Positions 54,363 through 64,000 of a stretch of DNA of 64,000 nt are shown piece by piece. This stretch comes from Paragordius varius (Eukaryota; Animalia; Nematomorpha): assembly GCA_964247055.1 (NCBI GenBank), contig OZ176054.1, positions 10,974,001 to 11,038,000 of the forward strand, written 5' to 3'. Below the pieces are notes generated by a model that saw nothing but the letters and a program-made list of their open reading frames with translations, ran no database searches and had not been told where the DNA came from. Both the position numbers and the translations under genes were made by a program. How positions within the stretch are numbered: position 1 is the stretch's first letter; each line of letters starts with the position of its first letter.

Positions 54363-57300
54363 ATGTCCAAACGCTTTGATACAAATGGTGTGGACAGAGA
54401 TTTATCTATCTCCCCACCTTTATTACATAAAAATTTTCGGCTTTGTAATTTAAACGATTCATCGCTGAGTTCTTTAGCCATAGACAACACGAGCAACGAT
54501 AACGACACTACAACTAATGGAACAATACATACCAAAAATAATGTACTGTTAAATGATAAAAACAGTCACGACCTTGAACATAACACCAAAGACCATCCAC
54601 ATTATAATCTCATTAATAATAATGATATTAATTTGCCAACCAAAACTGATAAAAAGGCATATGAACCACAAAAAACAGTTTTTAAACACGGCGATAATTT
54701 TGCTAATGATGAGGCCTCTTATGATATCCCACGGTATCCAATTGAAGAGGTAGAGCAGGAAAGACGGGCTACACTTCACCTCATTCAAGACGATAATTTA
54801 ATCCATCATACCAAAAATAAAAAATCTCGAATGCCTAAAATACCCCCATTCATATCGCCCAAAAAAGATAATAAACATGAGGCTAGCAGCTTTTATCCAA
54901 ATGAAGGTGACAACAAAGGACCGCCGGATGTTGATAAAAAGTAAGTCTGTTTTATATGTTGCTGTTTTTAATATAATTATTTGTTAATTTAAATTTTTTT
55001 TACTTGTATATCTGGCTTAAATTGTAAAAATATGCACTATCTAACTTATCAGGTGTAATCACAAGTTTTTAGCGGTTTAACGAAGGAATGCTAGCGAAAA
55101 ATACGCAGACGATTAATTGTTCTTCTGTCATTTAACAACAAACACACAAGTTGAGTTGGCAAAAACTAGTGTATTTTGATCATTCAATAATCATGTCGAG
55201 TTTGTGCCTGAAAATAAACATTTGTGGCACGCATTGCCAGTAGAAGAAAGGGGCTTTTGCAAATTATCGTTGCTGGCCGAAAAAATATGGTGAACATGCT
55301 TTATCGACTATTGCGAAACATGGTTTTTAAATTGATTTCATGTCAAAAAGTATGGGCCTCTTTTCGTCCACAGAACTGTTAAGACGCTAAAATGCAAAGA
55401 TTATTGGATGATGACCCAACTGAAACTCAACGGAAATTTACAGTTACATGTATCACACTAATCGATAGATTTCCACGAGCAATGAGAGAGACTAGGTATG
55501 ATTCCACACAATTTGAATGAAAATTAAATAAAAATTGCATAGTAAATCCTGTTTCAACTTAACAGAATGAAATCATTTTTGTATTGAAATGAGATGGGTG
55601 ATAAGAAATCTTTTGTAAATCCAAGGCGAAAAAAACTTAGTTTTTACCTTGCGCCGTCCATCAAACACCACGGCCAAATCGTTTTGGCTCCAGTGGGGCA
55701 GCGATATTTAACATACGATCAAATGATTGTTAATGCATTTAAAACGACCGGAATTAGCCAGAAGATATGGTAAAGTTAATTTTACTCCATGACAATTCTC
55801 GGTCTCACACAACAAAACCATTGAAAGACAATTTGGAATCGCTTCGATGGAAAATTCTTCCAAGAACACCCTGACCAGGCGCCATCTGATTATACAACTT
55901 CGCATGATGAGACACACCCGCGCAGAGCAGCACTTCAATAATTTGGAGACGTGATAAATGGTTTGCCGCAAAAGACAATTAGTTTGTACGGCATTCATAT
56001 ATTATCTAAATGGGCGAAATGTGTAGAAGCCGATGCACAATAGTTTTAATAAAATTAAAAATTGATTCCCTTTCAAAAATACATCTTTTTTTATTAAAAA
56101 TCTGGTAAACATATGACTAAATATTATAAATTTTGGTTCAATTGATTCGATCATGTTTTAAGTTCGATAACTATAATTAATTCATATACTTTTATTAATG
56201 ATTAACTCTTTAGATCTTCCCAAGAACCACCCCATAATGCACTCCAAAATGATAAAAATAGTTTTTATTCAACTCTCGCTGGTTGGTTTAATAACGATTT
56301 AACACCTCCTATTAATTCGGCCAGACTTGAAAGACTACATCAGTTGCTTAATGGCAGCAACGATGAAGTTGATTTTTCAGAATTGGAATCCTTGCCCAAT
56401 GATAATATTAATAATAATAATTTGTTAGATACCGAATGTCGATACATCCATTATCAAAGAGTCAATGTTAATGGAGATGAAATTGGGGTAAATATTTTTG
56501 GTTTCTCCTGGGAATTTTGGCGCCATTATTGATTATTTATTATTAGTATTCGAGACAAAAATCATTTTTTTCTTATTTTTAGCAGCACATTGTGAAAACG
56601 ATTAAAGCAAAGCTAAATCGGAAAAGTGCAAGATGAACAGCATAAGCTAAATAGTTTATGCGCGCAATTTTTTTAAAATAACTAATTAAGGGAGGTGGTT
56701 CATATTACATTTAAATGGACTTATGAAAACATTTCTTCATATGCCGTATATTTCCCAGCCGAAATTTCAAATAAAAAACTGTAAGATAAATAATTAAAAA
56801 AAATCTATCATTGTAAATTATATCTTTTTTAAACGTTTTTTTTTAAATTATTTTATATCAAATGTATAATTTTGCAATAGTTTAAACATAAATTTTCGAT
56901 AACTATGTGTAACTAACTTTTACGTCAAAAATAAAACATTAAATATGAAATATAAAACATATTTCATAAGATCCCAATCCTTGATTACGTACACTCGGCT
57001 CAAGCCATATTGGAAGCACTGAGTATGCGTGAAAAATATATGCACACTTCACAACAAACGTTTCCCATGTCAGTTTCCAAGTATTTAAGCCGGGCCTTTG
57101 GAAAATCCTATTTTTATTACGCAGATTCCAATGAGAAAACACACCCACGGGCTAATAAAATGAGTCTTGAAGGTACTACAAATATGAAATTTGAACGATT
57201 GTTTAATGGCGTTTTTTTAAAAAAGTTGTTTTAGCAAATAATTCCCTTTTTTCAGAGAAGAAAAGATTGAAGTTTTAGCCATTTGCATTAATATAGGGAG

Positions 57301-60300
57301 ATTTAAGGTTTTTAACCATTATTGGGTTCGTTTTTTATTTTTTTGTTTTAAACAGTCGAAGTCTTATTTGAACACAAATACATGCACTTTTTTCATTATA
57401 AAATAGAACTTTTTTCTTTAATGAAAGAGAAAATTTTAATCAAACACAACATAATTAGATAATAATTGTTGCTTCGGATTAAAAATTTGGACTTTATATT
57501 AAAAAGCTTTGTCGGTGAATTTAAAACTGTTTTGCGTTCGAACGAATAAAAAGTGTTAATTTTTTGTCAATAATGCAAATTTATGCAATTTTTTTGCCTT
57601 TTTACCATCCATATATTTAGATCATCCCATTAATCCACCCATCTTGGAACAAAAAGAAAATCCATATGAATGCCAAATACTACCCGATCTCAATTATTCC
57701 ATCGTTGAAAAAAATGGTGTTTATAATTTATCAACACTTGCTTCTAATACCAATATCAATGGGTTTTCTAATGGCAATTCTAATGCTTCTCTGCTGAACA
57801 GTAAAGAAACAAAGAGTGATATGGCAGAAAATGGTGATTTAAATCATTCAAATACAATTCCATCCTTGTTATATCTCAGCGTAGATAGGGATGAATATCT
57901 CAAAGATGCTCTCACCCTGCAACAATTGTTAACTAACGTAACTATGTAAGAAAATTTTTATGTATGATTTATTTGGATATAAAGATGGTTTTTTTAAAAA
58001 AATGGAAGTTTTTGGTTGTTTTCATAAATAAAGGATTTTTCACCGGGAAAATTAACAAGTTATTAAGTAAATATTTGATTATATTTTTATTCGCTACTAC
58101 GTTGAGGATTATGTATATAGCAATATTCCTTTAAATTATATAGTTATACCTTTTATTTTCCTACAAAATAAGTTGAATAACGGATCTATTCTAATTTTCG
58201 CTTTCATAAACTCTACCGTTTGAACACACTAAAAGGAGTCGACAGCTCTCATTATTTAACTATTATATCAATTTTAATTTATATTATATAACCTAAAATT
58301 CAAGAGTTAGGTTTAAATTACATATATATTTTTAAATATACAATGGTTTTGTATCAACTAAGTATAGTAAAGTATATTGTTTTGGTTTTTAAAGAATTTT
58401 TTGGAGTACATAAGTTGATTGGATAATATACACTTAAGTTTATCGTCATATTTTTTTCAAATTATATCATCATATATAATAATACATCTTAAACAAATAT
58501 TGTTATATATGATCGAATTTAAAATACTTAACCATATTATAAGCACAGTAATTATTTTTATTTAATATATTTATATATATTTATTTTCATAATATGGGTA
58601 GTTATATATAAATAACCGGCTTCATCTTATTTATTATTGTAGCGCCCATGGTAGAACCAACCATTTCTAAAAATAGGTTCTAGTAAGCAGTTATTTAGCT
58701 CTAATATTAATTTTAAATAACTCTCAAATAACCTAAAATTTAAGAGTATATATATATATATATCATTTACAATTCAATTTCACCCTTAAACAATTCAAAT
58801 TCACCCTTGAACAATTCAAATTTACCCTTAAACAATTCAAATTCACCCTTGGACAATTCAAATTCACCCTCAAATAAAATATATGTTTTTTAAGATTAAA
58901 AATTATTTATATTTTATATATTTTTCAAAAATAAAAATTTTGTTTTGAATTAAAATAATACTGAAAAAAATAATAAATTATACCATAAACATATATTTCA
59001 TATTAATAATGAATTATATTAGTTCGAAAACACATAATTTATTTTTAGGGTGAATTTGAATTGTTCGAGGGTGAATTTGAATTTTGTTCAAGGGGGAATT
59101 TGAATTGTTCAAGGGTGAATTTGAATTGTTCAAGGGTGAATTTGAATTGTTCGAGGGTGAATTTGAATTGTTCGAGGGTGAATTTGAATTGTTCGAGGGT
59201 GAATTTGAATTGTTTAAGGGGAATTTGAATTGTTTAAGGGTAAATTTGAATTGTTCAAGGGTATATATAATTTTATTTATACTATAGTAAATCATTTTCA
59301 TACCGTCGCCTGTGTTACCTATCATGTAAATTTCAATTACATTGTTACCTCAATGAACTACGAGAAACGAGTACGCAAAAGGGTGTTAAACATCGCGATT
59401 TCTATAACATTCGTAAAGTTGATACTCACATACATGCAGCGTCCTGTATGAATCAAAAACATTTGCTAAGGTTGCATTTTTTATTACCCTTGTTTATTAA
59501 AATTCTTTGTTCAAAAACTGAGTTTTAAAAGATTTTTATAAAAAGTAATTTGGTTTCTATGGATTGAAAATTATATAGACGAAACGTAAAAATTTAAAGA
59601 ATATATTATCAAAAAAGACAACCCCATACATTTTTAATAAACCTTAATTTTTTTATTTATTTAATATAAATTATGGAATTACCATTATTGTAAATGTATA
59701 ATTGATTGTGTTTACCAATTGCATTATTTCATCCTTTGCAATGGAAAACAATGACTTATATATATATATATATAATCAAGTTTATTGGCCTTTTAGAAAA
59801 AACAATTATTTTTATATATTTTTACGTTTTGTTCGTATAGTTTTGAATCTACTATAAAATATTTTTAGATTTTGTTGCTTGATTGAAAAATGAAATTCTA
59901 AATAAATTTTATTGCGATAGGTTTATAAAGAAAACGCTTAAAGAGAGTGTCAACTCACGTGACCAAGAAATTGTAACGAAGGATGGGAAAACATTACAAC
60001 AAGTTTTTCAAAATTATGATATTTGAATTTTCTTTTTTTTTGAAAAAAACGTAAAAATCGAGATTTAAATTTAAACCGTTTTGAAAAAGCGAACAAGCAA
60101 GACTTTTAAATGCCATTTTTTTATTTTTCAAATTTTTTTATACGTAAATGTTGATTTTATTCCTAATTAATTTATTTATTTCAATATTTTTTATATGTTT
60201 ATAGGTTTATGAAAATTTATTTTGGAAACGTTCATATTATTATTATATTCCTTTTATTTTTGGTGGCTACCCATTTATATTGAGCCGATTTTTTATCAAA

Positions 60301-63022
60301 AAAAGAGTTCTGGAAAGGAAATAATTTCTTTACCAGATTTAAATTTTGACTTGAAATCATATATATGTATACATACATTTACAGTTCAAATTCACCCTAA
60401 AACAATTCATTTTTACCCCTGAACAATTCCCTCACCCTTAAAAAATTCGAATACCCTAAAATAAATTATCTATATTTATTAAAAATTACCTATATTTTTT
60501 TATATTTTTAAAACATTAAATTACGTTTAAAATTAATATAATACTGAAAAAAATAATAAACTATGCCATAAAGTAATTCATATTTGAGTTTTCAAAACAC
60601 ATAATTTAAATTTAGGATAAATTTGAATTGTTCAAGGGTGAATTTGAACTGTAAATGGTATATATAGTTTTTAAATGTTTTCATATATTTTTTCATAGGT
60701 ATTTGATGATATGGGTATTAGTCCGTATGACTTGAGTGTCGATATGTTGGACGTCCATGCAGTTAGTATTTTTTGTTAATAATAGCACTTTTCTAACTAT
60801 ATATTATTAATAAAATTTATTTTTACAATTTCCAATTATCTTTATATCAATTTTTACACTTTTTTTATTTTTAATGGTATAAAAAGTTTTTTTCCTTAAA
60901 TTATATAATATAATATATTTAGGATAGGGATACATTCCATCGTTTCGATAAATTCAATTCCAAGTACAATCCCATTGGGGAAAGTCAAATCCGTGAAATC
61001 TTTATAAAAACCAACAATTACGTGGGTGGGAAATATTTTGCTAAAATTCTTAAGGTTTTTTTATTGATTTTATATATATATATACCATTTACAATTCAAA
61101 TTCACCCTAAAAATAAATTATGTGTTTTCGGGCTAATATAACTCATCATTAATATAAATATATTCTTATGGCATATTTTATTATCTTTTCAGTATTATAG
61201 TAAATACAAACAAAATTACAATTTTTAGAAATATGAAAAAATATATGAAATTTTAATCTAAAAAGCACTTAATCTATTTTGGGGTAAATTTGAACTGTAA
61301 ATGGTATAATATTCAAAAACATAACTTTTTTAACCATATAGTTTTAAATAAAAATATTATTTTATACTACATTACCAGTTTAGCTACAATAAAATAGTTT
61401 TTATAGTGCCTATTAGCACATATCAATATATATGACACACTATTTTTATAACTTAAATTTACCAAAAAAAATAATTTTTTTAGAAACGTAACTCAGTAGT
61501 TTTCATCAATTTACCTGAAATATATTGAAAAATTTTTTCATGACCAAAATTATTAATTAAACTTGGTCTGATATTTCTTTAAAAATCTATGGTTTTCATT
61601 AAAATTAACTATAAATTTTTTTAGTAAAAAAAATTTTTCATTTTTCTAACGTATAGGAAGTTATGTTTGATTTGGAGGAGAGTAAATATCAAAATGCCGA
61701 GCTACGTGTTTCAATATACGGGATTATTTTTTTAATTAAAATTGGGTATATATCAATACACCTAAAATGTTTCGAAAATTTTTTCATAACCAAAGTATAT
61801 TAATCAAACTTGGTCTGATATTTCTTTAAAATTCTATGGTTTTCATTAAAATTAAAAAATAAATTTTTTAGTAAAAAATTTTTTTTCATTTTTCTAACGT
61901 AGGAAGTTATGTTTGATTTGGAGGAAAGTAAGTATCAAAATGCCGAGCTACGTGTTTCAATATACGGGATTATTTTTTTAATTAAAATTGGGTATATATC
62001 AATACACCTAAAATGTTTCGAAAATTTTTAGTATAACCAAATTAATCAAACTTGGTCTTATATTTCTTTAAAAATCTATGGTTTTCATTAAAATTAAAAA
62101 TAAATTTTTTAGTAAAGAAAAATTTTTCATTTTTCTAATGTAGGAAGTTATGTTTGATTTGGAGGAGAGTAAGTATCAAAATGCCGAGCTACGTGTTTCA
62201 ATATACGGGATTATTTTTTTAATTAAAATTGGGTATACATCAATATACCTAAAATGTTTCGAAAATTTTCGGTATAACCAAAATATATATTAATCAAACT
62301 TTGTCTGATAATTCTTTAAAAATCTATTAAACTAAAAACAATTTTTTAGTAAAAAAAATTTTTCATTTTTCTATCGTAGGAAGTTATGTTTGATTTGGAG
62401 GAGATTAAATATCAAAATGCCGAATTACGTGTTTCAATATACGGGATTATTTTTTTAATTAAAATTGGGTATACATCAATATACCTAAAATGTTTCGAAA
62501 AATTTTAGTATAACCAAATTAATCAAACTTGGTCTGATATTTCTTTAAAATTCTATGGTTTTCATTAAACTAAAAATAAACAATTTTAGTAAAAAGAATT
62601 TTCATTTTTCTAACGTAGGAAGTTATGTTTGATTTGGAGGAAAGTAAGTATCAAAATGCCGAGTTACGTGTTTCAATATACGGGATTATTTTTTTAATTA
62701 AAATTGGGTATACATCAATATACCTAAAATGTTTCGAAAAATTTTAGTATAACCAAATTAATCAAACTTGGTCTGATATTTCTTTAAAATTCTATGGTTT
62801 TCATTAAACTAAAAATAAACAATTTTAGTAAAAAAAATTGTTTTAATTTCTAACGTAGGAAGTTATGTTTGATTTGGAGGAAAGTAAGTATCAAAATGCC
62901 GAGTTACGTGTTTCAATATACGGAAGCGATATAGCCGAATGGGATAAGTTAGCAAAATGGGCAATTACATATCGCGTGGCAAGTCCGAATGTGAGATTCC
63001 TCATACAAATCCCAAGGCTTTA
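54363..63022 (+). CDS. AMPD: AMP deaminase (AMPD2-like), 5' part; gene continues beyond the window
   Basis: Exons 54363-54940, ~56214-56487, 56971-57172, 57621-57945 (3' end ambiguous), 59288-59470, 59921-60002, 60699-60761, 60923-61054, 62859-63022. Motifs [120 protein letters not shown]. Confidence 0.95.
55047..56120 (+). mobile_element. Second decayed mariner of the same family, in AMPD intron 1
   Basis: Left end TATCAGGTGTAATCACAAG. Shares internal blocks with the 39.2-kb copy (CACACAAGTTGAGTT.GC.AAAACTAG; AGACGCTAAA.TGCAA). Remnants [24 protein letters not shown]. Right end approximate. Confidence 0.82.
58761..59263. mobile_element. MITE family 1 copy with expanded right 21-bp array (roughly 10 units)
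   Basis: (TA)n then CATTTACAATTC; GGGTGAATTTGAATTGTTCGA tandem units at 59048-59260. Confidence 0.88.
59570..59853. mobile_element. MITE family 2 copy
   Basis: GAAAATTATATAGACGAAACGTAAAA...TTACGTTTTGTTCGTATAG. Similar copies at ~15800-16055, ~29885-30175 and ~34500-34660. Confidence 0.7.
60373..60660. mobile_element. MITE family 1 copy
   Basis: CATTTACAGTTCAAATTCACCC...GAACTGTAAATGGTA. Confidence 0.8.
61083..61306. mobile_element. MITE family 1 copy (minimal, one unit per arm)
   Basis: (TA)n TACCATTTACAATTCAAATTCACCC...AAATTTGAACTGTAAATGGTA. Confidence 0.83.
61510..62924 (+). repeat. Tandem array of ~240-bp units (about 6 copies), each = intron tail + 3' splice site + first 65 nt of an AMPD exon
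   Basis: GAAGTTATGTTTGATTTGGAG starts at 61657, 61903, 62144, 62380, 62619 and 62859 (spacing 246/241/236/239/240). Each start is preceded by a T-rich tract ending in TAG. Only the last copy continues into coding sequence. Confidence 0.97.
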
Positions 63023-63797
63023 GTAAAATTTCATCATTTTGTTTCGTTTCGTTTCCTATTATTTAACTATTTGGCAGCCAGTTGTGGTAAAATTAAAAAT
63101 ATAGTGTTAGTATGCACATATTACAGTTATGTATGTTTAGAATTGTCAGATATAATACGTTTTAAATTGATTTTACTTTGTTTTTAATTGTTTACAATAA
63201 ATAAGCTATTATTATTTTTAAGGCTTAAAAATACGCATGTTGAAAGTTGACATATCAAACATTAAAACAATTATAAACAAATTATAATCATTTAAAAACG
63301 AATTTCTGTCAATTCTACATATACATGACTGTAATGTTAGCCCACATTGGCCACACAGTAATATGTTGATTCAAGCAGCAATTTTTTCCTATCTACCACC
63401 AACCTTAATTTGTTTATTTAATTTTGGAGGAAATTTGTTTAATAACTAACACAAACTACTGTAATACCAATTAGCCAACAATAATGTCAATTGGTTAGCA
63501 TAATGTGCATACTGTATAAAAATAAACCATACAAAAGTTAAAAGTTTTATTGAAAAATCCTATCTCTACATTTTATTCCATATCTAAACCTATATAATAC
63601 ATTTGCAAAATATATATCTTGAGTTACCTAAACATCTCTGTTCCGTATTTCATAACCCCAAAATTATAGATTACATTTAAAAACAAGTGTAAGGTTAATT
63701 AATTTTGTTTTTTTTTCAATTCAAAATTGATATTCCATTTTTAATTTTTTTCATAAAATAATATACCGTAAAAATATGTATTCCATCTAGGGTTGTG

Positions 63798-63845
63798 CTG
63801 ACCATGTCATGACCCGGTCTATTGACCAGGTCATGACATGGTCAG
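63798..63845. other. 48-nt GC-rich near-perfect hairpin
   Basis: CTGACCATGTCATGACC-C-GGTC-TATT-GACC-A-GGTCATGACATGGTCAG: 17-bp perfect stem, one mismatch, 4 more bp, 4-nt loop. Confidence 0.9.
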
Positions 63846-64000
63846 TGACTATTTATTTTTTGAACATGGTCATTAAAAACAGCTTTTTGAAATTTGCTGG
63901 TAAAATTTTTTTGGAAGAGAGATAGTAAGATTTTATTGTTTTTTATATTTTTTAAAAATAAATTAAATATTTAAATATGCTATTTAAAATATAAAATTAA

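Overview
This is a very AT-rich, intron-rich eukaryotic nuclear window. It is almost certainly from an animal, given the trifunctional GARS-AIRS-GART fusion and an hnRNP L orthologue; the species cannot be fixed from the sequence. I reconstructed six spliced genes by hand, arranged as three head-to-head pairs: GART(-)/NUP85(+), ATP5PO-OSCP(-)/MRPL35(+) and HNRNPL-like(-)/AMP deaminase(+, runs off the right edge). Introns are bimodal: an ultra-short class (27-34 nt) and long introns filled with MITEs. Mobile DNA includes at least 11 copies of a foldback MITE with 21-bp subterminal repeats, a Tc1-like MITE family, a long-TIR element pair, a Buster-type hAT with a perfect 8-bp TSD, two decayed mariners and an RTE LINE remnant. 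The most unusual observations are: (1) a six-fold tandem array of the 3' splice site plus first 65 nt of an AMPD coding exon, where only the last copy is complete and the copies differ mostly at synonymous sites; (2) an apparently obligatory GT-AA intron in OSCP; (3) only 30 bp between the OSCP and MRPL35 start codons; (4) a 27-nt intron; (5) an insertion of roughly 220 aa after RRM3 of hnRNP L. Most short ORFs in the supplied track are intron read-through or repeat artefacts.
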